DNA of 64,000 nt. Origin: Anaeromyxobacteraceae bacterium. Lineage in GTDB: Bacteria; Myxococcota; Myxococcia; Myxococcales; Anaeromyxobacteraceae. The position numbers and the translations under genes are program-made. Position 1 is the stretch's first letter; the number at the start of each line of letters is the position of its first letter. The DNA lies in the NCBI GenBank assembly GCA_047602405.1, contig JASGHJ010000002.1, positions 1,440,001 through 1,504,000 on the forward strand, in the 5' to 3' direction. The notes under the pieces were generated by a model that worked only from the letters and a program-made list of their open reading frames with translations, had not been told where the DNA came from and did not search any database. Shown in pieces: positions 12,480 through 23,444 of this stretch.

Positions 12480-14612
12480 ATGCGCCCCGACTTCAAGGCC
12501 GCGATCGCGGAGGCGATCCAGAACCCCAACCTCGGCGGGGCGCTGGGGCGGTTCTCGGAGGCCTACCGGGTGAGCCGGGCGAAGGCGTACGAGGGCCACG
12601 ACTTCGAGGCCCTGCGCGACCGGATCGCCGAGGTGAAGGGCTCGGCGGCGAGGAAGCTCGACGCGCTCGCCGCGCGGTTCACCGAGGTCGCGACCGCGAA
12701 CGGCGTGAAGGTCTTCCGCGCGGGCTCGCCCGAGGCGGTGAAGCAGTACGTGGCGGACCTCGCCGCCCGGGAGGGCGTGAAGCGGGTGGTCAAGTCGAAG
12801 TCGATGGCCTCCGAGGAGATCCACCTGAACGCCCACCTCGAGGCGCGGGGCATCGAGGTGAAGGAGACCGACCTCGGCGAGTGGATCATCCAGCTCGCCG
12901 GGCAGCGCCCGTCGCACATGGTGATGCCCGCCATCCACCTCACGAAGGAGCAGGTGGCGGAGCTCTTCTCGAAGGAGGTCGACGAGCGGCTGCAGGCCGA
13001 CATCCCGTGCCTCGTGGCGGTGGCCCGCGCGCAGCTGCGCGAGAAGTTCCTCGCCGCGGACATGGGCATCTCCGGCGCGAACGTGGCCGTCGCCGAGACG
13101 GGCAGCCTCGTCCTCGTCACGAACGAGGGGAACGCGCGCCACGTGACGACGCTCCCACGGATCCACGTGGCCCTCGTCGGGCTCGAGAAGCTCGTCGAGC
13201 GGTTCGAGGACGTGGTGCCCATCGTGACCGCGCTCCCGAAGAGCGCGACCGGCCAGCTCCTCACGAGCTACCTCACGGTCATCTCCGGCCCCACGCCGAA
13301 CACCGACGGCACGCCGAAGGAGCTGCACGTCGTCCTGATGGACAACCGGCGCACCGAGATGGCCTCCGACCCGAAGTTCGCGCAGGCCATGCAGTGCATC
13401 CGCTGCGCGTCCTGCCTGAACGTCTGCCCGGTCTACCGGATCGTCGGCGGCCACGTGTTCGGGAAGACGTACACGGGCGGCATCGGCGCGATCCTCACCG
13501 CGTGGTTCGACCAGCTGAAGGCCTCCGAGGAGATCCAGGGACTCTGCATCCAGTGCGGGAGCTGCCGGGACGTCTGCCCCGGCAAGATCGACCTCCCGGA
13601 GCTCATCCTCGAGCTCCGCCGCCGGCTCGCGAAGGATCAGGGGCAGCCGGCGGTGCAGAGGGCGATCTTCGGGGTGGTGAACAACCGGCGGCTTTTCCAC
13701 GGCATGCTCCGGGCGGCCTCGGTCGCCCAGAAGCCCTTCGCGAAGCAGGGCTTCATCCGCCACCTGCCGTTCTTCCTCTCGAACCTCACCGGGGCCCGCA
13801 GCCTCCCGGCCATCGCCGAGGAGCCGCTCCGCGACACGATCCGGCGGATCCCGCAGCCCGACGCGCCGGAGAAGGCGGCGCTCTACGCCGGGTGCCTCCT
13901 CGACTTCGCGTACCCGGGGACCGGGGCCTCGGTGGTGAAGATCCTCAACCGGGCGGGCATCCGGGTGATCTTCCCGGAGGGGCAGACCTGCTGCGGCGCG
14001 CCGGCGCGCTACTCGGGCGCCTACGAGGTCGCCGCGAAGAACGCGAAGGACAACCTCGACGCGCTCCTCGCCGAGGACGTGCGCTGGATCGTCTCGGCCT
14101 GCCCGACCTGCACGGTCGCGCTGAAGCAGGAGTTCGCGGCGACGCTCGAGAGCGTGGGGGAGGAGACCTGGCTCGAGAAGGCGCGGGCGGTCGCCGCCCG
14201 GACGGTCGACTTCTCGACCCTGGTCGCGCGGCTCGTCGAGGAGGGGCGGCTCACGCTGCCGGAGGGCAGGCGGCTCGGCCAGCTCACCTACCACGACTCC
14301 TGTCACCTCCGGCGCACGCTCCGGGCCACCGAGGCCCCGCGGCGCCTCCTCGGCGCGGCCGGGCACGAGGTGGTGGAGATGTTCGAGAGCGACATGCGCT
14401 GCGGGATGGGCGGCTCGTACTCGGTGAAGCTGCCGGAGATCTCGGCGCCGATGCTGGAGCGCAAGCTCGAGTGCATCCGCAAGACCGGCGCGCCGCTCGT
14501 CGCCGCCGACTGCCCCGGGTGCGTGATGCAGCTGCGCGGCGGGGCCGACAGGGACGGGACGGAGGTCGAGGTCCGGCACACCGCGGACCTGCTCGCCGAC
14601 GCGCTGGGCTGA
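12480..14612 (+). CDS. LldH-like L-lactate dehydrogenase large subunit (LutB-LutA fusion)
   Basis: LUD domain (KSKSMASEE, PSHMVMPAIH), two 4Fe-4S motifs, then CCG domains (QTCCGAP, YHDSCH). Confidence 0.9.
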   Translation: MRPDFKAAIAEAIQNPNLGGALGRFSEAYRVSRAKAYEGHDFEALRDRIAEVKGSAARKLDALAARFTEVATANGVKVFRAGSPEAVKQYVADLAAREGVKRVVKSKSMASEEIHLNAHLEARGIEVKETDLGEWIIQLAGQRPSHMVMPAIHLTKEQVAELFSKEVDERLQADIPCLVAVARAQLREKFLAADMGISGANVAVAETGSLVLVTNEGNARHVTTLPRIHVALVGLEKLVERFEDVVPIVTALPKSATGQLLTSYLTVISGPTPNTDGTPKELHVVLMDNRRTEMASDPKFAQAMQCIRCASCLNVCPVYRIVGGHVFGKTYTGGIGAILTAWFDQLKASEEIQGLCIQCGSCRDVCPGKIDLPELILELRRRLAKDQGQPAVQRAIFGVVNNRRLFHGMLRAASVAQKPFAKQGFIRHLPFFLSNLTGARSLPAIAEEPLRDTIRRIPQPDAPEKAALYAGCLLDFAYPGTGASVVKILNRAGIRVIFPEGQTCCGAPARYSGAYEVAAKNAKDNLDALLAEDVRWIVSACPTCTVALKQEFAATLESVGEETWLEKARAVAARTVDFSTLVARLVEEGRLTLPEGRRLGQLTYHDSCHLRRTLRATEAPRRLLGAAGHEVVEMFESDMRCGMGGSYSVKLPEISAPMLERKLECIRKTGAPLVAADCPGCVMQLRGGADRDGTEVEVRHTADLLADALG

Positions 14613-14620
14613 GGACGGGG

Positions 14621-16453
14621 CTACACCTCGAGCCCGACCGCCCGCATGAGGGCGATCGCGTTCGAGTGGCCGACCACCCCGGGGCGCAGGCGGTAGTCGA
14701 AGGCGATCTCGCCGTCGACGACCTGATCCTCGAAGTGCGCGTTCGCGAGCGCGCCCGCCGGGGCCGCCGCGAGCTCGGTGAGCGCGAGGTCGTGCGTCGT
14801 CACGAGCCCGATCGCCCCGCGCTCCACGAGCCCGCGCACGAGCGCCTCGGCGCCGACGCGCCGGTCGTGCGAGTTGGTCCCGTGGAGGATCTCGTCCAGC
14901 AGGAAGAGCAGCGGGTGGGGGCCGCGCGCGAGATCGGCGAGCGCCTTCAGCCGCGTGATCTCGGCGTAGAAGCGGGAGCGGCCCGCCTGCAGCGAGTCCT
15001 GGATCCGGAGCGTCGCCCCGGCCTGGAGCGGCGTGAGGCGGAGCCGTGCCGCGGGGACCACCGCGCCGGCGAGCGCGAGCACGACGTTCGTCCCCACCGT
15101 GCGCAGGTACGTGCTCTTCCCGGACATGTTCGAGCCGGAGACGAGGAGCGCGCGGGGCGCGCCCGCGGCGCCGAGCGCGACGGGGTTCGCGACCGCGCCG
15201 CCGAGGAGCGGGTGGCGCAGGGCCTCGCCCTCGAGGAGCGGCGCGCCGCCCGCCACGAGCTCGGGCAGCACGTGGTCGGGGTGCTCGTGCCGGTGGCCGC
15301 CCAGCGCGGCGAGGGCCTCGATCTCGCCGGCGGCGTCCATCCAGGCCCTGAGCGCGCGGCCGTGGCGGGCCCGCCAGCGCTCGATGGCGGCGGCGTGGAG
15401 CGGTCCCCAGGCGAGCGCGAAGGCCACCGGCGCGAAGAGCTGGTTCCTGCCCCACTCGAGGCGCAACACGAGCGCGACGAGGCGGGAGATGGCCAGCGAC
15501 GCGGGGAGCTCGCCGGCGGCCCCGGCGCGGGCAGGGCGCAGGCGGGCCGCGAGCGCCGCGAGGCGGGGCTCGTCGAAGGGCTCCCGCTCGAGCCGCGCGA
15601 GGAGGAGCGCGAGCACGCGCAGCTCGGCGGAGGGGCGCTCGACGCCGCCCAGCACCGTGGCGATCGGCGCCTGGAGCGCGCGGCCGAGCGCGAAGAGGGC
15701 GGCGAGGACGACGAGGAACGGGATCGGCCCCAGGTCCAGCCACCCCCACGCGGCGGCGGTCCCCACCGAGGCGGCGGCGAGCGCGAGCGCCGCGGCGCCG
15801 GTCCACGACGGCAGGGCCGGCGGCGCCTCGCCCCACGCGGCGAGCCCCGCGGGCTCGACGCCGGCGCGGACGTCCTCGCCGAGCACCGCGAGATCCTCGC
15901 GCAGGTCGAGGGCCGGCGCGAGCGCGGCCGCGGCGCGCTGCCGCGCGGCCACCTCGGCGGCGCCGGCGGGCGCCAGCAGCCAGGCGGCGAGGCGGGCCTC
16001 GCCGGGGCCGGTGCGCGCCGTGCAGAGGAGCGCGAACAGCGAGGCCGGGCCGAAGAGGTCGAGGTCGGCCGCGTACGGGTGCTCCGGGTCGAGGAAGCGG
16101 TCGCCGGGGTTCGAGCCCGGCGGGAACCCGCCGTCCATGCGCGTGAGCGCGGCCTCGTGGAAGGCGATGGCCCGCCGCGCGCGATCCCGGGCGCGGAGCA
16201 CGCGATCGTGCCGGATCGCGAGCAGGAGGAAGGCGAGCGCCGGGGCGAGGAGCCAGGCCGGGGAGAGCGCCGCGCGCGCGAGCGCCGCCCACGCGACGGC
16301 CGCGCCCGCGGCGAAGGCCACGAGGCGCGCCCAGGCGAGCGCGGCGTCGGCGCGCTCCAGGCCGGCGAGCGTGGCGCGGCGGGCGGCGAGGCGGGTGCGG
16401 AGCTCCGTGCGGGGGTCGCGCGGGGCTCCCTGGGCCTGTCGAGAGGTGTCCAA
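14621..16453 (-). CDS. MutS-related protein (TM segments + MutS ATPase domain V)
   Basis: GSNMSGKST Walker A, SRFYAE, LLDEILHGTNS and TTHDL motifs; no mismatch-binding domain; TTG start is uncertain. Confidence 0.88.
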   Translation of the reverse strand: MDTSRQAQGAPRDPRTELRTRLAARRATLAGLERADAALAWARLVAFAAGAAVAWAALARAALSPAWLLAPALAFLLLAIRHDRVLRARDRARRAIAFHEAALTRMDGGFPPGSNPGDRFLDPEHPYAADLDLFGPASLFALLCTARTGPGEARLAAWLLAPAGAAEVAARQRAAAALAPALDLREDLAVLGEDVRAGVEPAGLAAWGEAPPALPSWTGAAALALAAASVGTAAAWGWLDLGPIPFLVVLAALFALGRALQAPIATVLGGVERPSAELRVLALLLARLEREPFDEPRLAALAARLRPARAGAAGELPASLAISRLVALVLRLEWGRNQLFAPVAFALAWGPLHAAAIERWRARHGRALRAWMDAAGEIEALAALGGHRHEHPDHVLPELVAGGAPLLEGEALRHPLLGGAVANPVALGAAGAPRALLVSGSNMSGKSTYLRTVGTNVVLALAGAVVPAARLRLTPLQAGATLRIQDSLQAGRSRFYAEITRLKALADLARGPHPLLFLLDEILHGTNSHDRRVGAEALVRGLVERGAIGLVTTHDLALTELAAAPAGALANAHFEDQVVDGEIAFDYRLRPGVVGHSNAIALMRAVGLEV

Positions 16454-16483
16454 GCGCCCGGAAGCTAACCCGGGAGGCGCACC

Positions 16484-18438
16484 TCAGGCCACCGTGGCGG
16501 GGGCCGGGGCACGCCGCTCGGCCGCCGACGCCGCGGAGGCCGGGGCCTGCGGCGGCAGGCGCGGCTTCAGCTCGTCGACCGAGAGGCCCAGCCCGATGGC
16601 GCCCTGCTCGAGCCAGGCGTGCTCGCCGGCGAGCACCTGCCGGCCCACCGCGTAGGCGGCCGCGTCGTCGTTCGCCCAGAGCGCCTCGAAGAGCCCCAGC
16701 ACCTTGCGGGTCGACTGCCGGCAGAACTGCGCGGCGAGCCGGGAGGCCTGGGCGGCGTCGGGGTGCCCCGCCTTCCTCAGCGCCTCGGCCCGGGCCACCG
16801 AGGCGGTCATGGCGAAGAGCTCGTTCGCGACGTCGACCGTGCGGAACAGGAAGGCTTGCTTGCGCTCCGCGGCGGCGCCGAAGACCACCATGCCGTGGAA
16901 GATCTCGCGGGCGAGCTTGCGCGCCGAGCGCTCGACGAAGCGCAGGTGGCGGGCGAGCCCGCCGAAGCCGGAGAACCGCGGCGCGAGGAGGCCGCGGAAC
17001 CAGAGCCCGAGGTACCAGGTCACGTAGAAGAGGCCGATGCGCGGCAGGGACGCGAGCTTCTTCGAGATCGGCACCTTCGGGTCGATGAGCCCGCCCGCGA
17101 CCTCGAGGTGCTTGTCCACGGCCTCGCGGGCCATGAAGAGGTGCATGATCTCGGAGGAGCCCTCGAAGATGAGGTTGATGCGGCAGTCGCGCATCCAGCG
17201 CTCGACCGGGGTGGGGGCCTCGCCGCGGGCCTCGAGCGACTCGGCCTTCTCGTAGCCGCGGCCGCCGCGGATCTGCATCGCCTCGTCGAGGAGGCGCCAG
17301 CCCTCGACGGTGTTCCACTCCTTCGCGGCGGCGGCCTCGAGGCGGATGTCGTAGCCCTTCTTGTCGGCGAGGTGCTGGCAGAGGTCGGAGACCGCCTCCA
17401 TCGCGTACACGGTCGACGCCATGTCGGCGAGCTTGTGCGCGATCGCCTCGTGCTTGCCGATCTCCTGGCCCCACTGCGCGCGCGCCGCCGACCACTTGCG
17501 GGAGAGCTCGAGGGCCACCTTGCCGCCGCCGACCACGGCCGCCGGGATCGAGAGCCGGCCGGCGTTGAGGGTGGTGAGCGCGATTCTTGAGGCCGCGGCC
17601 CTCCTTGCCGATGAGGTTCTCGACCGGGACCTTCACGTCGGTGAAGCGGATGACCGCGTTCGCGAGCGCGCGCAGCCCCATGAACCGGCAGCGGTGCACG
17701 ATTCTCGACGCCGGGCGTGGCCGCCTCGACCACGAAGGCGGAGATCTTCTGCGTCTCCGGGTGGCGGGCCATCACCACGAACAGCTCGGCGATGGTGCCG
17801 TTCGTGCACCAGAGCTTCACGCCGTTCAGGAGGTAGTGCTTGCCGTCGGGGGTGAGCGTGTAGCTCGTGGCGAGCCGGGCGGGGTCGGAGCCGACGTTGA
17901 TCTCGGTGAGCGCGAAGGCGCTGATGGCCCCCTTCGCGATGCGGGGCAGGTACTTGTGCTTGAGCGCGTCGGACCCGAAGAGCTTGAGCGGCTGGGGCAC
18001 GCCGATGGACTGGTGGGCCGACACGAGCGCGGTGAGGTTCGCGTCGTACGAGCCGAGGAGCCGCATGATCTTCCCGTACTCGACCTGCGAGAGCCCGAGG
18101 CCGCCGTACTCGGTCGAGATCTTCATCCCGAACGCGCCCAGCCGGCGCAGGCCGTCGAGGACGTGCGCGGGGTACTCGCCGGTGCGGTCGATCTCGTCGG
18201 GGTCCACCTCGTCGCGCAGGAACCGCTCGAACGCGTCGTGGAACGCCTTGAACTCGGGGCGCTCGGGCGCGTCGACCGGGTAGGGGTGCACGAGATCGAG
18301 CCGGAGCTTGCCGAGGAAGAGCTCCTTCAGGAAACCCGCGCCCTGCCACTCGGTCTCGCGGGCTGCCTCCGCGACCTCGCGCGAGTGCTGGATGTCGTCC
18401 TTCGTCCGCTCGGCGGCTCCGCCGTGATCCTGCGCCAT
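16484..18438 (-). CDS. Acyl-CoA dehydrogenase (long, ACAD9/VLCAD-like); two +1 frameshifts near 17702 and 17584
   Basis: AFALTEINVGSD, NGVKLWCTNG, LNAGR, QIRGGRGYE and RINLIFEGSSEI are spread across three frames that join at GATTC sites. Confidence 0.9.
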
Positions 18439-18480
18439 GGTGACCCCTCGCTCCGGCCTCGGGCCGGGTGCGACATTCGT

Positions 18481-18498
18481 GTTGATTCCCTAATCAAC
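18481..18498. promoter_or_regulatory. Palindromic operator upstream of acyl-CoA dehydrogenase
   Basis: GTTGATT-CCCT-AATCAAC, a perfect 7-bp inverted repeat that is AT-rich in a GC-rich background. Confidence 0.55.
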
Positions 18499-18569
18499 CT
18501 AACGCGATGCGGCCACCGTTCCAGCGTCCCCGTGAGGGGAGCGTGGAGGACCCGAGTGATCGCATTGGG

Positions 18570-20508
18570 TTAGGCGGTGCCAGCCGCCCGTTCGACCCGC
18601 GCGCGGAGGTGGCGGGGGTCGAAGGGCTTCTCGAGGCAGCGCTCGCCCAGGCGTCCGGCGAGCGAGCGGGCGGTGGGGCCATCCGGATCCGCGCTCAGGA
18701 ACAGCACGCGCTCGGCGAGGGCCGGGTCGAGCGCCGCGAGCGCGTCGTGCAGCTCCGCGCCGCCCATGCCCGGCATGGCGAGGTCCGCGAGGATGACGTC
18801 GTGGTGCTCGCCCGCCCGGATCCGCTCGAGCGCGTCGCGCGCGCTCGCCGCGACCGAGACGTCGTGGCCCGCCTCGAGCGCGCGGCGCACCGCCGCCGCG
18901 ACGAAGGGCTCGGCGTCCACCACGAGCACGGAGGGCCGGCCCTGCCCCGGGGCGCGGACCGCCTGCGGGCCGCGCTCGGCGGGCGGGAGGATCACCCGGA
19001 ACGTCGTCCCGCGGCCGACCTCGCTCGTGACCTCCAGGCTGCCGCCCATCGCCTTCACGAGGCCGTGGCAGACCGGCAGGCCCAGCCCGAGCCCGGAGCC
19101 GGGCGCGCCGGTGGTGAAGAAGGGGTCGAAGACGTGGGGGAGGTGCTCGGGCGCGATGCCCCGCCCCGTGTCGGAGATCTCGATGCAGACCCGCCCGGCG
19201 CGATTGGTGCGGGTGGCCGCCCGGATTCTCGTGCTCCCCGGGGGCGCCCTCCGGGATTGCCTGCGCCGCGTTCACGAGGAGCTTCAGCACGACCTGCGCG
19301 AGCCGCCCCTCGACCGCACGCACCGGGGCGACCTCCTCGAGCGCGCGCACGAGCCGGGCCCGCGCGCGGACGCGCCCCGACGCGATCGAGAGGGCGGTCT
19401 CGACCACCCGGCGCACGTCGACCTCGGCGAGCTCGGTCCCGTCGCCGCGGGAGAACGTCTGCAGGTCGCGCACGACCGTGCGCATTCGCTCCGCGGCCTC
19501 CCGCGCCTCGCGGAGCGCCGACGCGATCTCGTCGCCGCCCGGCAGCCCCGCGAGCGCCGGCTCGAGCTCCTCGGCGGTGAAGCCCAGGTTCGCGAAGAGG
19601 CTCGAGAGCGGGTTGTTGAGCTCGTGGGCGAGGCCGCCGGCGAGCGTGCCGACCGAGGCGAGCCGCTCGTGCAGCGCGAGGCGGGCCTGCACGAGGCGGG
19701 ACTCCGTGACGTCGCGGAGCACCACGAGGTGGCGGCCCGGCAGGATCCGCGCGACCGCGCCCCACTCCAGGGTCAGGGCGGGCCGGTCGGGGAGGCGGAG
19801 CGCGAGCTCGCCCTCCGCGCGCCCGCGCTCGCCGAGGTCCTGCCAGTGGGCCCGGAGCTCCGCCTGGAGCGCGCGCCACGCGGGTCCGGCGCCCCGGCCG
19901 CCTCCGAGGCCGAGGAGCCGCCGGGCCGCGGGGTTCGCCGCCACCCGCTTCCCGGCGTCGTCGAGCGTCACGAGCCCATCCTGGGTGTGCTCGAACACGG
20001 CCCTCGCCTCGCGCTCGCGCTCGGCGAGGGCCCGCTCCGCCGCGTGCCGGCCGACCGCCGCCGCGATGGTGTGCGCGAGCGTGTCGAGGAAGTGGAGGTC
20101 GTCGCGGGAGGGCATGCGGTCGCCGTCGAGGTGCGCACACAGCACGCCCCAGACGCCGGCGCGCCCCGGGACGACGGCCGAGGCCCGCCCGCCGCCCGGA
20201 GCGGGCAGGGGGGCGCCCGCGCGCGTGCCCACGAGGGCGCAGCGCAGGCGCCGGGCAGGCTCGCGCCGCTCGAGCGCCCCGCCCGCGCCGGCCGCGAGGA
20301 GGTGCACGTCGCCGCGCAGCACGCGCGAGGCGCGGCGCATGGCCTCGGGCAGGAAGGCGTCCAGGTCGGACTCGGAGAGCGCGAGCGCCCCGAGCGCGGC
20401 GAGGGCCTCGTGCTGCTGGGCGCGCTCGGCGAGCTCGCGCTCACGGGTCACGGCAGGACCACCCCCGGCAGGGAGCGCATCGTGGGGCGTGTCCGGGGTC
20501 GCGACCAT
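18570..20508 (-). CDS. Hybrid sensor histidine kinase/response regulator (GAF-like, PAS, HisKA, HATPase, REC); +1 frameshift near 19226
   Basis: AHELNNPL H-box, then in the shifted frame ISDTG, FDPFFTT, GLGL and a C-terminal receiver (LVVDAE, DLAMPG, KPF). Confidence 0.85.
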
Positions 20509-20831
20509 CGGCCGGAGTGATGTGCACGGACCGGGCGCGGCCCGATACCCGTACGGCGCCCGTGTTTATGCGGATTTGTGGGGAGGTTCTCCCGGGTCAA
20601 GTAGACCTCAGGTGTGGGGATGACCCATCTGACGCACCCATTGGCGCGCCCCGAAGAGGGACGACGCGGTGCGCCTCGACCCGGACGAGACGAGGCTTTT
20701 ACCTTCCGTGCCGCGAGGTCGCACCCCCGGGGTCGCGGGCGCTCCGGGGGTGGGTCCATCTCATGGGTCGACGGACGCACCGTTGAAACGACGCGCGAGC
20801 CGGACGGTCCGACCCGGCTTAGAGTGGCCGG

Positions 20832-23387
20832 ATGCACCGTCCGACCGACGCCGCCGACTACCGCCTGCCCCGCTCCGTCCGGCCGATCCGGTACGACGCC
20901 GCGCTGTCCCTCGACCCCGAGCGCGGCGCGTTCACCGGCACGCTCCGCCTCTCGCTCCTCCTCGAGGCGCCGTCCGCCGAGCTCGTCCTCCACGCGGCGG
21001 AGCTCGCGCTCTCGTCCGCCGCGGTCGTCGCGGGCGGGCAGCGGCTCGTCGCCGGGCCGCCCGCGTACGCGGCGCCGAGCGAGACCGTCACCCTCACGTT
21101 CCCCTCCGCCATCCCGGCCGGCGAGGCCACCCTCGAGCTCGCCTGGTCCGGCCAGGTGTCGAACGGGCTGCGCGGGCTCTACGACGCGGGCGCGGGCATC
21201 CTCGCGACGCAGTTCGAGGCGGCCGACGCGCGCCGCGTGTTCCCCTGCCTCGACGAGCCGGGGTTCAAGGCGCCCTGGAAGCTCGCGGTGGAGGCGCCGA
21301 AGGGCGCCGTGGTGCTCTCGAACGGCGCGGCCGTCGCCGACGAGGATCTCGGCGCGCGCCGGCGCGTCACCTTCGCCGAGACGCCGCCCCTGCCCACCTA
21401 CCTCGTGGCGCTCGTCGCCGGCCGGATCGACGCGCCGCCCGGCGGCGCCGCCGGGGCGGTGCCGGTGCGCACCTGGGCCGCGCCGGAGAAGGCGGCCCTC
21501 TCGGCCTTCGGGCAGGAGGTCGCCCTCGAGGTGCTGCCCCGCCTCGAGGCCTACTTCGGCGTGCCCTACGCGTTCGGCAAGCTCGACCAGGTCGGGCTGC
21601 CGGAGTTCGAGGCCGGCGCCATGGAGAACGCGGGGCTCGTCACCTACCGCGAGCTCGCGCTGCTCCTCGACCCCGCCACCGCCTCGCTCGCCCAGCAGAA
21701 GCGCGTCGCCGAGGTCGTCACCCACGAGCTCGCGCACCAGTGGTTCGGCAACTGGGTGACCATGGCCTGGTGGGACGACCTCTGGCTGAACGAGGCCTTC
21801 GCCACCTGGATGGCCTACAAGATCGTGGACGCCTGGCGGCCGGGCTGGCGGGTGTGGCTCGACTTCGACCAGGGCCGCGCGGCGGCGATGCAGCTCGACG
21901 CGCAGTCCACCACGCACCCGGTGCGGGCGGAGATCCGGAGCGTCGCCGAGGCGGGCGAGGCCTTCGACCTCATCACCTACGAGAAGGGCGGGGCGGTGCT
22001 GCGGATGATCGAGGGGTACCTCGGCGCCGACCGGTTCCGCGACGGCATCCGGCTCTACATGCGGCGCCACGCCCGGGCGAACGCGGTCGCCGACGACCTG
22101 TGGGGCGCCCTCGGCGAGGCCTCCGGCGAGCCGGTGGTCGAGCTCGCGAACGCGTGGATCCGGCAGCCGGGCTTACCGCTGGTGCGCGCCCGCCTCGAGG
22201 GCGCGCGCCTGCACCTCGCGCAGGTCCGGTTCCGCTCCGCCGGCCTCGACGACCGCGGCGGCGAGGCCTGGCCCGTGCCGATGGTGCTGCGCGTCCGCCG
22301 CGGCGGGCGCTGGTCCGAGGAACGCCACCTCCTGCGCGGGCAGCGCGAGACGATCGAGCTCGCGGGCGCGCCCGAGGCGGTGGTGCTCGACGCGGGCGCG
22401 ACGGGCTTCTACCGGGCGGCCCCGGACGCCGCGATGCTGGAGGGGCTGGCGGCGCACCTCGGCGAGCTCGCCCCCGCCGAGCGCACCGCGCTCCTCTCCG
22501 ACGCCTGGGCGCTCGTGCGCGCCGGGGAGCGCGACGCCGCCTCGTACCTCGCCCTCGTCACCGCGTTCGGCGGCGAGGAGGACCACGCCGTGCTCGACGA
22601 GCTCGTCGCGCGCCTCGCCGCGATCGAGCACCGGCTCCTCGACGACCGCGACCGCCCGGCGTTCGGCGCGCTGGTGGCGACGATCTTCGGGCCGATCCTG
22701 GCCGCGGTGGGGTGGGACCCGGCCCCCGGGGAGCCGGACGCGATCCGGCTCCGCCGGGCCGCCGCCGTCCGCGCGCTCGGGCTCGTGGCGCGCGGCCAGG
22801 GGGTCGCGCACGAGGCGGGCGCGCGCGTCGACCGGCTGCTCGCCGGGGAGCGCGGCGCGCTCGAGCCGAACCTGCTCGACACGGCCGTGGCGCTCGCCGC
22901 CCGCGACGGCGACGAGGCGCGCTGGGAGCGCTTCCGGGCGCTCTTCCTCGCCGAGAAGGAGCCGGCCATGCGCCGGCGCTGGCTCATGGGGCTCGCGTCG
23001 TTCGAGCGCCCGGCGCTCGCGGCGCGCGGGATCGGCCTCGCCATGGCGGGGGAGGTCCCGCTGCAGGACACCGCCGGCTTCGCCGCCGCGCTCCTCGCCA
23101 ACCGCGCGGCGCGCGGCCCCTTCTGGGCGCGGCTGAGGGCCGAATGGGGCGCCTACCGGGGCCGGCTCGCGAACGCGCCCATGCTGGTCCGGCGCGTGGT
23201 CGAGTCCCTAGGCTACCTCGTGGAGCGGCATGAGCTCGACGAGGCCGAGGTGTTCCTCGCGGCGAACCCGGTGGAGGAGGCGAGGCAGGCGATCGCCCAG
23301 ACGCTCGAGCGGCTGCGCGAGGACGTGGCCCTGCGGGAGCGCTCGCGCGAGAGCCTCGGCCGCTGGCTCGCGGCGCGGACGCGCTGA
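20832..23387 (+). CDS. pepN: M1 family zinc aminopeptidase with ERAP1-like C-terminal domain
   Basis: ARRVFPCLDEP, GAMEN, HELAHQWFGN and WLNEAFA motifs. Confidence 0.93.
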   Translation: MHRPTDAADYRLPRSVRPIRYDAALSLDPERGAFTGTLRLSLLLEAPSAELVLHAAELALSSAAVVAGGQRLVAGPPAYAAPSETVTLTFPSAIPAGEATLELAWSGQVSNGLRGLYDAGAGILATQFEAADARRVFPCLDEPGFKAPWKLAVEAPKGAVVLSNGAAVADEDLGARRRVTFAETPPLPTYLVALVAGRIDAPPGGAAGAVPVRTWAAPEKAALSAFGQEVALEVLPRLEAYFGVPYAFGKLDQVGLPEFEAGAMENAGLVTYRELALLLDPATASLAQQKRVAEVVTHELAHQWFGNWVTMAWWDDLWLNEAFATWMAYKIVDAWRPGWRVWLDFDQGRAAAMQLDAQSTTHPVRAEIRSVAEAGEAFDLITYEKGGAVLRMIEGYLGADRFRDGIRLYMRRHARANAVADDLWGALGEASGEPVVELANAWIRQPGLPLVRARLEGARLHLAQVRFRSAGLDDRGGEAWPVPMVLRVRRGGRWSEERHLLRGQRETIELAGAPEAVVLDAGATGFYRAAPDAAMLEGLAAHLGELAPAERTALLSDAWALVRAGERDAASYLALVTAFGGEEDHAVLDELVARLAAIEHRLLDDRDRPAFGALVATIFGPILAAVGWDPAPGEPDAIRLRRAAAVRALGLVARGQGVAHEAGARVDRLLAGERGALEPNLLDTAVALAARDGDEARWERFRALFLAEKEPAMRRRWLMGLASFERPALAARGIGLAMAGEVPLQDTAGFAAALLANRAARGPFWARLRAEWGAYRGRLANAPMLVRRVVESLGYLVERHELDEAEVFLAANPVEEARQAIAQTLERLREDVALRERSRESLGRWLAARTR

Positions 23388-23444
23388 GCCGGCGCGCCCG
23401 CCGCGGCGGCGGGACCCCGCGGGAGCCGCGGAGGAGGGCGCCCC

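Noticed and set aside
12354..17699. Very long alternative-frame ORFs (e.g. 1781 aa here; also 25888-30612, 41382-45647, 7265-11116)
   Set aside because: These are Arg/Pro/Ala-rich shadow frames caused by high GC. Only the segments coinciding with real genes have recognisable motifs, and the apparent fusions are upstream extensions without stops.
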